The notes under the pieces are model-generated. The model saw nothing but the letters and a program-made list of their open reading frames with translations, was not told the origin of the DNA and made no database searches. From positions 62,001 through 126,000 of IMG/VR virus record IMGVR_UViG_3300028666_000022: a DNA stretch of 64,000 bases; one strand, written 5' to 3'. This document shows positions 1 to 11,205 of the stretch, piece by piece. Positions within the stretch are counted from its first letter, which is position 1. Every line of letters begins with the position of its first letter. Position numbers and translations under genes: made by a program.

Positions 1-18
1 GAAACATATAGATTTAAT

Positions 19-2794
19 ATGTTTGATACAATTGCTGTTTTAGTTAGATATTTTAAAGAAAATAAACCAAAGGGCAAAAGAACATGGAAAATTGTAGCAT
101 TTTGGGATACATATAATACTAGAGAATCTAAAATTGAAGAACCTGAGTTATCAGAATCAATTAGAAACGAAGCTTTAAATGAATTGTTTAAACTTTGTCA
201 AGTAAAGACATGGGCAGAATGGAAATCTAAATAAAGATATTATATGATTAATGATTATATTAGTTTAAATTATTGTTATAAAATTGATGGTGAAATTTAT
301 AGAAAATTAGATTTTGAACTAGAATTTTCGTTAAATGTTTATTTAACAAATTCGTTAATTAATCAATTGCGCATTGAATTTGATAATGATTTAACTTCTG
401 CTTTAATTAATGTAATGGAATAATTATGAAAACATTAATCAATTTTTTTAAAAATATTTTTTGTGACATTGTTATTTTCATTCCTGCTCCAAAACAAATT
501 TATTTTAAAATAAATACATTAAAAGATGTTCAACGGTATTTAAATAGTATTATATTCATCAACTCTGGTGGTTGTGGTATTGCTGCATTAGCAATGTTTA
601 AGTGGCTTAAGAAAAACAATTTGATTGAAGAAAATACAACTAATTTTGTATTTCTATATAAATCTGACGATGGAACAGACTATTTAAACAATTCCTCTGT
701 TTTAAAACAAAAATCAGGAATACCAGTAGCTCCAGCACATGTTATTTTATTTCATAAAGGTAATTATATTGATTCTGAAGGCATTGTTGAAGTTAACGAA
801 TATCATTGGTTGCAAAATGTTAATGAAGAAAACTTTGTTGTAAGAGCTAATAATAATTTATTCACATGGTGCGGTTTCTTTGATAGAAACAATATTAAAG
901 ATATTGAGAAAATGTTAGAAATTGATATGGACGATATTTTGATATTAAACTAAGAATGTAACAAAATAAAATTATTTTCGTATAATATTTAAACGATAAA
1001 AATAATCAATATGAAAATAGTATTAAATAAATGTATGAATATCAACGAAATGGTTAATACTGTTAGTTCTTTTTCTAATATTGATACTGCTTTAGATATT
1101 ATTAATAAATTTAAACTGAATGAAAAAGTTGTTTTAATTTGGCATAATAATAAACTTATATTAAAATAAATCATGGAAAAATTAACTGAATCTCAAGAAA
1201 ATAATCTTAAATGGTTAGAAGATTTTAGTGGAGCTGAAAAAGAAGTTACTTTTTCAGATGTTTCTAATATTAGTGATGCAATGAATAATATGTTTTTAAA
1301 CGCTTATCTATATTTTTCAAGCGAATTAGATTCTGAAGATAGAATTAATGAACTAATCGAAATATATAAATCAGGTTATAAATTAATTTTAAATGATTAA
1401 ATTATGAAAGCTATATTGAAAATCGGTGATACTATAAAAATATCAAATAAAAACAAAAATCATTCAGATAATGATGTTTGTGCCTATGCAAATATGTGTG
1501 GTGTTGTAACCAATATTTGGGAAGATAATTCCTTTGCTTTATGTTGTGGAAATTCAACATTAATTGTACCAATGCGAAATGCGTTTAAGAAAAAAATAAA
1601 GGGTATTTGGATATATTTAAATGAAGAATTATTATTTCATAAAAGCAAATAAATTATATGCAAGAATATATTACCACACATAAAAAAGAAAATAAAAACA
1701 AATATATTTATTTTACACAAAAAGTAGAATTAGGTATTGAGAATGAAATTGGTTATGAATTAATGTGGAGTGGTAAAGTTAGTAAAGAAGAATGGAATTG
1801 GTCACAAGAAATTGCTAATGAACAACCAAATAGAGTAATAATAAATGAAAATAATGTTATTTGTATAAAAAATTAAACATGACTGATTTACAAAATAAGA
1901 TATTAGAATTAATGAAATCTCAAGATGAATATGAAAAATGGGGATTTTGTTGTATGGGATATAGAGAAATTTCAAATATATTAAAACTAGAAGCTATATC
2001 AGTATCTAATTCAATGCGAACAATGTACAAAAAGGGTATATTAACTAATTATTATTGTAAAGATCAATATGATGATACCCATTATGAATTAAGAAACCCT
2101 AATTTTAAAAAATGATTTATGAAAACAAAAGAAGAAATTTATAAACAAATTGATAAGGCTATGGAAGCCATTAATGAAGGTGGAAAATTTAATGGAATGT
2201 CTTATGAAGATGGCGTAAAATATGCATTAGAATGGGTATGTGGTGATTCGGATGAAGAACCAATGCCAGAAGAAAATTAATGATAAAATAATTTTATTTT
2301 CGTATATTATTAAAAACATTATTATGAAAAATACCGAAAAAGCAATTGAATGGTGGAATAGTTTAGGTAATTTATATAAAAGAAAATTAACCACAGAACA
2401 TTTTGTTGGGAGAAGAGTTAATACATTATGTGATTCTGAAATTGAAGTAATTTATAATGACTTTAATAATTTTGATTTACCTGAAGATTGTACATCATTC
2501 AATGATATAATGTATGATTACAATAAAACAATTAAAATGAAAAAATATAATATTAATAATTATATAATAATTTACCCAAATGAAAGTGGTTGGAGGAAAA
2601 TTATTGAATTAACCCAATCACATTATGAATTAACTCAAGAAAAAGCAAATGATTGGGTTAATATTAGAAAAGAAAATGGTGGTTTTAAAGAACAATTATG
2701 GGTGTTAATTTCAATTTATTATGAAATGTTTTTCAATGGAGAAAAATATTTTAATACTGCAATAATTGATTTATGTGGTGAAGTTATTGAATAA
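19..2794 (+). CDS. Cluster of small hypothetical phage proteins (19..234, 426..953, 1173..1400, 1404..1652, 1658..1876, 1861..2115, 2240..2794)
   Basis: Tightly packed, co-oriented short ORFs with AT-rich leaders; no recognisable motifs. Confidence 0.6.
958..982 (+). promoter_or_regulatory. ECF-sigma-type promoter GTAAC-N16-CGTA (one of 9 copies)
   Basis: GTAAC at 958-962, exactly 16 nt, then CGTA at 979-982. Same spacing at 7019, 7413, 8350 (ATAAC) and 34721 on +, and at 23218, 23963, 27676 and 58048 on -. Confidence 0.75.
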
Positions 2795-2823
2795 TAATAT
2801 ACAAAAATAAATAATATGAGCTT

Positions 2824-3058
2824 AGAGTATGAAAATAATTAAATTTTCTTTATTGATCTTATGTCAATCGGCTGTACTCCTACAACCTCTACCTTATCTT
2901 ACCTAAGTATTTTAAGGTTACATTTATTAGCTATTATTTTTGATTCAATACTTTCGTATTGTCTTGCTAATTTGTTATTAACTTTTATGATTTTACATTA
3001 CCAAAGTATTAATTTAGGTAATAACCACAATATATCAAAGAACGTAAAGATAAATACT
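2824..3058 (-). ncRNA. Stand-alone TnpB omegaRNA-like cassette A (promoter, boxA-like element, structured leader, scaffold; guide read from 2823 downward)
   Basis: Minus strand encodes a TnpB C-terminal-like remnant (VEVVGVQPIDIRSIKKI*). Hairpins ACCTTA/TAAGGT, GGTTGT/ACAGCC and ATTGA/TCAAT plus pseudoknot GGAGTA/TACTCT parallel the tnpB 3' end at 4082-4187. Segment 2978-3058 is identical (81 bp) to 35945-36025. Confidence 0.7.
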
Positions 3059-3185
3059 GGAAATTATGAAAAAAGTAAATAAAAAGAAGCAGAATTTATT
3101 GCCAATATTAGAGCTGCAATACAAAATGAATTAGGCGAGGATGAGTTTAACATATTAATAAAACATAATTTAAAATATTAATACT

Positions 3186-3892
3186 ATGACACAACAAGAA
3201 CTAGATGTTTTAAAAACTTACTTATCTTATGATGAAATCAAAGAGATATGTATTGAAGAATGCAGAAGATTAGTAAGAGAAGGTGTGAATAGTATCAAAC
3301 CAGATAAAAGAATTGACAATTATGAAAGAATTATTTCAAATGCTGTTCACTACTATCTTGAAACTGAAATAGATCAAATACTTGATGTTAATACAAAAGA
3401 ATTAATCAAATCAAATGTATTAAATATTTTAACAAAACCAGAATTTACAAAATATTCTATTTTTAGAACTAAAAATTCTTGGGATAATGAGGATTCTATT
3501 GGAACTAAATATCTTAAAGAAGCAGTTACAGAAAATAAAAATTATATAAAAGAAAAAGTTAAATCCGTAATTGAAGAAATTGATTTTAATAATCTTAAAG
3601 AAGATATTAAAGAATATATTCTTGAAGTTATTGATGAAAAATTTAGTAAATCACTAAAATAAACAACATTATGATTGGTATTGAATTTACATTTAATGAT
3701 GGAACAAAGGACAATTATGATCCCATTAATTTTCCTGATGATTTCGAAGAAACTAATAAAGAATATATTTTACATATGGTGTATGATTATGTAATTGAGA
3801 AATCAATAGTAAAAAGTATTCGACATTATGAATTATGCCCTATTTGTGGTCATGAATTGTATGAAGACGGTTGTCACAATTATCATGAATAA
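3186..3892 (+). CDS. Two hypothetical proteins (3186..3662; 3671..3892 with CxxC)
   Basis: ORF track. Confidence 0.6.
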
Positions 3893-4081
3893 AAAATTTT
3901 TCTAATTTATGTGGTTTATTTAAATAGTTTTAATATATTTACAAAATTTATTTTAACCTAAATAATAGAAAGGAAATTTGTGATGGAAGAAAATATTTGG
4001 AGTGAACTAAGATACGAAGAAACTGCTGAAAATATTGTTAATATTTTTGCTTGACTAACAGGTGAACTCGATGAAATTGGA
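3885..4081 (+). repeat. Diverged ~200-bp direct duplication flanking the IS607-like element (partner 6165-6359)
   Basis: The same intergenic region (atgaataaaa...tttaatatatttacaaaa...aatagaaaggaaa) and gene 5' end occur on both sides. Confidence 0.8.
3983..4081 (+). pseudogene. Truncated 5' copy of ORF 6261..6479, ending at the TnpB element right end
   Basis: MEENIWSELRYEETAENIVNIFA*LTGELDEIG vs MDENIWSELRYEETGENIINIFGWLTGELDETG; TGA at 4052-4054. Confidence 0.9.
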
Positions 4082-4190
4082 ACAGTACAAAATAATATAA
4101 TAATATTACTTCTTTATGATCGAAACCATTGGCGATACTGCAATCACCTCTATCCCATTATCAAACTCGATGTTTGGAATTGCTTTTCTT
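4082..4190 (-). ncRNA. omegaRNA scaffold overlapping the tnpB 3' end; predicted guide TCCAATTTCATCGAGTTCAC
   Basis: Hairpins ATTCCA/TGGGAT, GGTGAT/ATCGCC and ATGGT-TTCG-ATCAT; loop GCAGTA can pair with terminal TACTGT. Confidence 0.7.
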
Positions 4191-5440
4191 AATATATTTA
4201 AACTCCCGTTTAAATCTGCATTTATCAATTTCTTTGATTTTGATCTATATAAACCCCTATAAATTCTTCTACCACTAAATTTATGTTTATTAATATCATT
4301 GTCTTCAATACCAATATTATTATTTTCACATTTTTTATCTTTCTTTTTATACACTGGTATCTCATCTTCATCTATAAAACTAGCCTTACTCGTATAACTT
4401 TCTTCCTGTATTAAGACATTTATACCAAGTAATTTAGCCTTATATTCTAACATCCATATAAACCTACTGTGTGGTATGCCTACAAATTTTTGATTACTCT
4501 CCTTGCCCATATTTATCTCTTGCTTCCACTCCTTATTATTACCAATTATTAAGGTATTAATATTGTTGTCAACTAAATGATTAATAATATATCGACTTGC
4601 TTTATGCAAATAATCATCAACTTTGTTATTCCTTTTATTTGTTAAATTCTTAATTCTATTGCTTGTCCCATATTGTTGTTTTTCTCCTTTCTTATTTATA
4701 TAATGATTTAAATCTGATTTGTAATGAGCTAAATTTTTATTATAATATTGATTAATACTTTTTAATGGTTTACCATTAATAATTATTGATTTAATTACAT
4801 TACTACCTATTGTTGCTAAATTATTTAAACCCAAATCAATACTAGCATACCTATTATTATTTGGCTTTAACTCAACTTCTTTTACTTCATATAATACTTC
4901 AATTACATAATGATTACCTTTTGGTATTACTCTACATTGCTTAATATTTTTAGAATTTATTTTAGTTTTAACCCTAATATTAGTTCTCGATAATTTAACT
5001 ATATTATTTTTTAATTCTTTTTTCGATATAGCATCTAATGTATAAATCAACATAAATCTACCATTTATCTTATCTTTATAATTGGGTAATTCAGGCTTAC
5101 CTTTATATTTAGATTTATTTTTATTATAATCCTTAATAGAAGCAAAGAAAGATTTCCAATTTTTATCTAATTGCATTAGGGTTTGATTTGATATTTTTCT
5201 AGGTAATTGTATATAATCAATATCATTAGAATCAATCATTAATCTATTAATATCATAATAATTTAAATAATTAGCATGATCAACTAAACCTAATTTTTTC
5301 TCATTACTTGTTTTAATAAATTCTTGTCTGATTATATAATTAGCTTTATTGTAAAGGTTTTTACTAAGAAAACATAGTTTATCAATTTCAATAAAATATT
5401 GATTAGATTTTTTAATTATATGTTTTTCTGTTAAAATCAC
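4106..5440 (-). CDS. tnpB: RNA-guided endonuclease TnpB (IS607-associated; rearranged RuvC-II type)
   Basis: SIDLGLNNL (RuvC-I); IIGNN with downstream QEESYTSK; INADLNGSLNI (RuvC-III). Confidence 0.92.
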   Translation of the reverse strand: MILTEKHIIKKSNQYFIEIDKLCFLSKNLYNKANYIIRQEFIKTSNEKKLGLVDHANYLNYYDINRLMIDSNDIDYIQLPRKISNQTLMQLDKNWKSFFASIKDYNKNKSKYKGKPELPNYKDKINGRFMLIYTLDAISKKELKNNIVKLSRTNIRVKTKINSKNIKQCRVIPKGNHYVIEVLYEVKEVELKPNNNRYASIDLGLNNLATIGSNVIKSIIINGKPLKSINQYYNKNLAHYKSDLNHYINKKGEKQQYGTSNRIKNLTNKRNNKVDDYLHKASRYIINHLVDNNINTLIIGNNKEWKQEINMGKESNQKFVGIPHSRFIWMLEYKAKLLGINVLIQEESYTSKASFIDEDEIPVYKKKDKKCENNNIGIEDNDINKHKFSGRRIYRGLYRSKSKKLINADLNGSLNILRKAIPNIEFDNGIEVIAVSPMVSIIKK

Positions 5441-5479
5441 TTTAAATTATTAATGTTATTAAATTATATTTTACTTATT

Positions 5480-6058
5480 TTAGTTTTCAATGAATTGTTT
5501 TATTTCTTCCTTATTCTTCTTTCTCCTTAAGCCATATATCCTTTCTGAAAATGAATAAAATATACTAATTAAATCATTTAGTAAATCTTCTTTATCTTCA
5601 TTTACTTGATTTATTACTAATATTTGTTTTCCTTTTAACTTAAGTAATAATTCAATATAATTAAAACCAAATCTTGTTAATCTATCTTTATTTTCAACAA
5701 TAATCATATTCCAATCATCTCTAACCAATATTTTATTTAATTTAGGACGATTATCATTCATACCTGAAGCAATTTCTTTAATTTCATCAATAATGATATA
5801 CGCATTTTTTGTTGCAAAATCACGTATTCTATTTAATTGATTATCCAATTCTAATTTCTTGTCATTATTAGAAACTCTAGCATATAAAATTACATTGGTT
5901 TGATTATTAATTTCAGGAAATAAGGGTATTTTAACATGGTTGGTTTCATCTAAGAAAGCACCTTTAATTTTACCAGCAACAAATCTATTCCAAGCTGTTT
6001 TATAAGTAACTGAATTTTCTCTTGCATATTCGGATAATTTTTTATATATTTGTTTCAT
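5480..6058 (-). CDS. tnpA: IS607 transposase (HTH + serine recombinase)
   Basis: N-terminal HTH, ILYARVS, EIASG, VENKDRLTRFGF, FSERIYGLR. Confidence 0.92.
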   Translation of the reverse strand: MKQIYKKLSEYARENSVTYKTAWNRFVAGKIKGAFLDETNHVKIPLFPEINNQTNVILYARVSNNDKKLELDNQLNRIRDFATKNAYIIIDEIKEIASGMNDNRPKLNKILVRDDWNMIIVENKDRLTRFGFNYIELLLKLKGKQILVINQVNEDKEDLLNDLISIFYSFSERIYGLRRKKNKEEIKQFIEN

Positions 6059-6260
6059 GAATAAAATGTTTTATATTTGTATATATAAATACTATTAATG
6101 TAGAAAAAGTTTATATAAATTTCAATAATTTTACATATTAATTATAATTAGTTTAAAATATGTAATGAATAAAATTTATAATTAATGTGTTTTAATTTAA
6201 AAATTTTTAATATATTTACAAAAATTATTTTAATTTAAACAATAGAAAGGAAAGTGAGTC

Positions 6261-6479
6261 ATGGATGAGAATATTTGGTCAGAATTACGTTATGAAGAAA
6301 CTGGTGAAAATATTATTAATATTTTTGGTTGGTTAACAGGCGAACTAGATGAAACAGGAATTGCTATTATTGAAATCAATGTTTTAACTGGTTTTGTAAC
6401 TTATCTTGATGAAAGAGCTAAAGACGATTTATACGCTCAGGAAGCAGTTCAAGAAGTTTTTGATATTTACGGTTTATAA
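6261..6479 (+). CDS. Hypothetical protein (intact copy of the gene truncated at 3983-4081)
   Basis: ORF track; paralog alignment. Confidence 0.8.
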   Translation: MDENIWSELRYEETGENIINIFGWLTGELDETGIAIIEINVLTGFVTYLDERAKDDLYAQEAVQEVFDIYGL

Positions 6480-6676
6480 TAATATCTATTTATGAAAAAT
6501 TTAATTAATTTTATTTTCTTTAGATGGAGTAAGTGGGAAGTGTATATACCTAACATTACTGAAACAGTTGGATTATTTCCCGAAAAAAAAGTTGTTGTTG
6601 ATATTTACGTAAAAACAAATATCTATACAGGATTAAAAAAATATAAAAGAGTTGTTAAATATCGAATTAGGCCAGA

Positions 6677-7030
6677 ATGAAATCCCTTACTCAAGAAATT
6701 CTTAATGAATTTGTTCTTGATTTAAAGAAGAATCGATTCAAAGATATTATCAAAGATCTTAAAATAGATTTGTCTTCTAATGAAGACAATACAGAATACA
6801 TTTATCTAGGTTTAATCATTCTTAGGAAAAAAGAAAGACATAAGGGATATGGTTCATTAATCATGAAAGAAATTATATCTTTAGCAAACGAATATAATCT
6901 TCCAATTAAGTTATACTCAACAGCAGCTTATGGTTCAAAGATTGATAAACTAAATGAATTTTATAATAAACATGGTTTTGTTTTAGATAATTTAATGTTG
7001 TGTTATTTTCCAAAAATTGTAACAAAATAA
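6677..7030 (+). CDS. GNAT-family acetyltransferase
   Basis: RHKGYGS motif A; FYNKHGF motif. Confidence 0.75.
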   Translation: MKSLTQEILNEFVLDLKKNRFKDIIKDLKIDLSSNEDNTEYIYLGLIILRKKERHKGYGSLIMKEIISLANEYNLPIKLYSTAAYGSKIDKLNEFYNKHGFVLDNLMLCYFPKIVTK

Positions 7031-7993
7031 ATTAATTTTCGTATAATTTTTAATTTAAAATTAATAAATGAATAATATAAAATATATTGAACCCAATAAA
7101 AGCTTAATGGGGCGAATATTTAGATTTTTTGGTATTGAATTAAACACTAAATTCAATGATGGATATTTTCATACATTTGGTTATTCTGGAAAACAAAAAA
7201 ATAATAAAAGAGATATTATCATAATAGAAAAATTAGATGGAAATGTCATTAGTATACCTAACAATAAAAAATATTATACGTTTCAGAATAATTTTATTTA
7301 TAGTGGACACATTAAAAATATTGAAAAGACTATAGATAATAAACATAACACATTATTTTTAAATGAAAAAATAAGTGTTAATTGGGACGCATAAATTATT
7401 TTTAAAGAATTAGTAACAAATTAGATTAATTTTCGTAATATAAACTATAATCAACAAAACAATAAAATTTATGAAAAAAGAACAACAATGTAAAATATGT
7501 AATAATAAAAAACTAATTGAAGTATTGGTTATGGGAACGGATGTTGATTGGGTGGAATGCCCATATTGTTCGAATAAATCAGAATATATTAAATTTCAAA
7601 ACTCAGTTAATTAATAATCTTATGAAAGAATTAGAAATATCAATTAAGATCCTAAAGGAAGATAAAACAGAATTAGAATGTAAACTTTATTATTTCTTTA
7701 GAAATGGAAGAGTTCCAGATGATAATGAATATTATGAAATGATGGAATTATTAGAAAATTGGTCAATAATAAAATCAAATATTAAGTGTGTCGAAGATAT
7801 TCAAAAAACAATTATTAATAATATTTAGAATATGATAATTTACACTGAAGCAACAATCAACTACATGGCTAACTTGGGTTTAAACAACGAAATTCAAGTT
7901 ATTTTAGCTAATAGTGTGGTAAAAGAAACTGAAAAATTAAAGGTTAAATATGTTGTAATGAATGAAATTCCCGAAACAATTTAGTTTGAAATC

Positions 7994-8353
7994 ATGTCAA
8001 ATACGGTTTATTATATTAACACCAATATTGTTGCTAAATATCGAGAATTTAATAGAGAATCTAATCCATTTCCTATTTGGTTGGGTTTACCACTTAAAGA
8101 TGTTAAATCTTTAGAAAATGATATTAAAATAAACGGCATTGTAAACCCTTTAGAAATAATGGTTTATAAAGGTAAAACATTACTAGTTGAAGGAAATCAT
8201 AGATTATCAATTGCATTAAAACTAAAATTTAAAAAAGTCCCAATTAAATTTACTACTCCAACAAGTGATTATGATTTAAATTATTTTCAAGAAAGAAAAG
8301 AAAAATACGTTAAATTAGATAATGATTTAATAAAAATATTGGAGGTTTTATAA
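7994..8353 (+). CDS. ParB/Srx-like domain protein
   Basis: LENDIKINGIVNPL...LVEGNHRL...VPI. Confidence 0.8.
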   Translation: MSNTVYYINTNIVAKYREFNRESNPFPIWLGLPLKDVKSLENDIKINGIVNPLEIMVYKGKTLLVEGNHRLSIALKLKFKKVPIKFTTPTSDYDLNYFQERKEKYVKLDNDLIKILEVL

Positions 8354-8407
8354 CAAAAATAATTATTTTTCGTACTATATTAAATTTAAACAAATAAAAA
8401 TATTTCC

Positions 8408-9592
8408 ATGAAAATGCAAGAAGCACTTAATATTATTGAAACCAAAGAAAGTGGTTTCATGGTACATTTTGAAAAACGTGAGGGTGGAATGTTATCTTCA
8501 GATTATTTTCCTGACAAACATGCAGGAGAAGAATTAATATCAACATTAAATGAAGCATGGGAACTAGCAGAAAGATTTGCAAAAGCAACTAATGATACAT
8601 ATGTTAATATCTATGTTATAGATCATGATTTTTATCCTGTTGAAGCATATGAAATGAGTATACTTAAAAGATTATTAAAATGATATTAGATAAAAACAAT
8701 ACTAAATGTCCTAAATGTGGTGGTAGCTTTATCGGTGACATTGGTTACGATAACTACACTTGTTATAATTGTGAAAATTGTTGGAGACAAAAATCAAAAA
8801 CAGGATTAGAATCTAATTTAAACTCAGAATAAAATACTAATTATGAAAAAATTACAGAAAATTGTAGCAATACCAATCGAAAAGCAACCTGAAGTTGGTG
8901 ATATTTATAAGTGTGATGCTGGTGAGGGGTATTTTCTCATAACAGAAAAGAAACTAAATTGGACAAAAAATAAAGGGAGCGTATATCAATTATTGTTACT
9001 TTCTGATGATGAAATAAAAGAAAATACAAATACCTTTAAAGAGGGTATTAATGGTGATTGGTATTATAATAGTTTATATCAATTTATTGCTAATACTGGA
9101 GACATAACACCATATGATTTCAAAGTAATTGCATCTTATCCACAATTAAAAACATTTGATGGTTATGAAGAGGTTTCTTCAATGCCAATATATTCTAATT
9201 TACCTACATTTCAATTAGATTTTATTAGTGAATGGTGTAAAAATCCTGTTGATGAAGTTGAGGTAGAATTTGAAACAATTGACGATACTTATGATATTAC
9301 AACAAGTTTAAAACTAACGCCATATAAAGAAGTAATTTGTAATATTCCACAACATTTACATAATATTAATTGTGATTGTGAGGAATGTGAAACAGAAGAA
9401 AATAAGAGAATTTTAGAACAAGCTAAGAAAAAAGCTGAAATTAATAATTCAATATATTCTGCAGCAGAAGAATTCTTTCCTATATATGAAAGTACTTCAG
9501 AAGAAAATAGAGAATTTATGATGCAACAAAGAAGAGCATTTGAAAAAGGTGCTTGCTGGATGAAAGAATATGTAATAAGTAAAATATTATGA
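8408..9592 (+). CDS. Hypothetical proteins (8408..8683, 8843..9592)
   Basis: ORF track; downstream of the promoter copy at 8350. Confidence 0.6.
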
Positions 9593-9813
9593 TAACCGAC
9601 AAAGATTTAAAATTAATGTATCATTCAGATACTGGTAAAAACAACACAAACAGATATATTATTAGTTGTTGTGATGGAAGTGAAGATAGTGTTTGTGATG
9701 CTACAATTACAAATGAAGATACGCGGATAACCGATACTGAAATTACTACATATTCCGATGAGTATGTTTTATTTTTAGAAAACAAATTACTTGAATACTT
9801 AAATAAAGATTAA
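9589..9813 (+). CDS. Small hypothetical protein, paralog 1
   Basis: MITDKDL..DTG...YVLFLENKLLE. Confidence 0.7.
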   Translation: MITDKDLKLMYHSDTGKNNTNRYIISCCDGSEDSVCDATITNEDTRITDTEITTYSDEYVLFLENKLLEYLNKD

Positions 9814-9814
9814 T

Positions 9815-9964
9815 ATGTTAACTGAAAGAGACTTACATAGAGAATTTAAACGAGATACCGGAATTGGTGATGTTATTGCAGTATTTTATGATAATACAGA
9901 TAAAATATATAATAGTAATTATGTTAAGTATCTTGAAAATAGATTACTTGAGTTATTAAAATAA
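9815..9964 (+). CDS. Small hypothetical protein, paralog 2 (49 aa, not in the ORF track)
   Basis: MLTEKDLHREFKRDTG...YVKYLENRLLELLK*; shares both termini with 9589..9813. Confidence 0.7.
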   Translation: MLTERDLHREFKRDTGIGDVIAVFYDNTDKIYNSNYVKYLENRLLELLK

Positions 9965-10351
9965 TAATTTTTCAAATCAAGAACATAATTGTGATTATTA
10001 CACATATTCTGAAGATGGGAATCGAAGATGGTGTACTGATTGTGGAAAAGAAGATATTGGTTTTTAATGTTAAATTAAAAAATTTATAATAATGGGATTA
10101 CACTGGTTTTACTTAAAATATACATATAGATTCAATAATAAAATATTTTTTGTTAGTAAAAGATTAAGAATATTTACTGCTGGTGGTAATCCTACTTTTA
10201 GGTGGATACCTAACATTTGTTATGGTTATTATAAACATTGGGGGTTAACTAACTGTTACGAAAATCTTTAACAATCTTACACCAGATTTAACAATAATTA
10301 ACATAAATTTAACATAAAAAGTGAGTTTTTTATAAAAATAAAACTATATAT

Positions 10352-10570
10352 ATGAAAAAGAAGTTTAATAAAATTATGGAAGATTTAAAAAATAAAAATC
10401 TAATTGTTGTTCGAGTTAATAAAATAGAATTTGAATTAGATAATGGAGATATTTATCCTATCCCATTCGAATTAGATGTTGATGAAAATATTACTCTCGA
10501 AGAATTTCAAAAAATATTAAATGATTCAAAAGATGATATTATAAAAATACTTGATAAATATAATGAGTAA
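10352..10570 (+). CDS. Small protein upstream of tnpA, inside the element
   Basis: ORF overlapping the tnpA start. Confidence 0.6.
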   Translation: MKKKFNKIMEDLKNKNLIVVRVNKIEFELDNGDIYPIPFELDVDENITLEEFQKILNDSKDDIIKILDKYNE

Positions 10571-11189
10571 ACTATTATCATTACAAAAAGTATCAGAAAT
10601 ATTGGGTGTAACTAAGAAAACATTAAGAATATGGGATAATGATGGTAAATTAGTTAGTATTAAAACTATTGGTGGTCATAGAAGATATAAAGAAGATGAT
10701 GTTAATAAATACATCGGTGAATATGTTGAAGTTAATATTAATAATGTTTTAACATATAGTAGAGTAAGTAGTCATGAACAAAAAACCAAAGGAGATTTAG
10801 ATAGACAATCACAAAGAATAAGTGAATATTGTGCTAAGAAAAAATACAAAGTAGAATATATTATTAAAGATGTTGGTTCAGGACTATCAGATACAAGAAG
10901 TGGATTTGTTAAAATGGTTGATTTGGTAATTAAGAGAAAAATTAATAAAGTAATCATTGAAAATAAAGATAGATTAACCAGATTTCAATTTAATTTAATT
11001 AAAGTATTTTTTAATAGTTATGATGTGGAAATTGAATGTATTGAAAATACGAATATATCAAATGAAGAAGAATTTGTAAATGATATAATGATGTTAATGG
11101 CAAGTTTTTCTGGTAAATTATATGGTAAGAGAAGTGTGAAACGTAAAAAAGAATTAAAAGAACAAAAATTAAAAGATAAAAATTTTTAA
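10551..11189 (+). CDS. tnpA: IS607 transposase (MerR-like HTH + serine recombinase)
   Basis: LGVTKKTLRIWD...GGHRRY, YSRVSS, DVGSGL, ENKDRLTRF, SFSGKLYG. Confidence 0.93.
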   Translation: MINIMSKLLSLQKVSEILGVTKKTLRIWDNDGKLVSIKTIGGHRRYKEDDVNKYIGEYVEVNINNVLTYSRVSSHEQKTKGDLDRQSQRISEYCAKKKYKVEYIIKDVGSGLSDTRSGFVKMVDLVIKRKINKVIIENKDRLTRFQFNLIKVFFNSYDVEIECIENTNISNEEEFVNDIMMLMASFSGKLYGKRSVKRKKELKEQKLKDKNF

Positions 11190-11205
11190 AACGATACTAA
11201 TTATT

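Larger units (their letters stand above)
4082..6160 (-). mobile_element. IS607-family element (serine recombinase TnpA + TnpB); left boundary approximate
   Basis: Adjacent tnpA and tnpB; right end defined by homology to 35784 and by the pseudoknot strand TACTGT. Confidence 0.8.

Noticed and set aside
2280-2304. Possible tenth ECF-type promoter
   Set aside because: Has TTCGTA but lacks the GTAAC element at the 16-nt spacing
2923-3043. Group I intron (IStron) reading of the cassette leader
   Set aside because: About 120 nt is too short and no catalytic core elements were recognisable
2861-3082. 73-aa ORF on the + strand
   Set aside because: Antisense to omegaRNA cassette A; the homologous cassette B has indels that do not preserve it
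4052-4054. TGA aligned to Trp, suggesting stop-codon recoding
   Set aside because: Occurs only in a truncated copy; long genes are open in the standard code and several genes end in TGA
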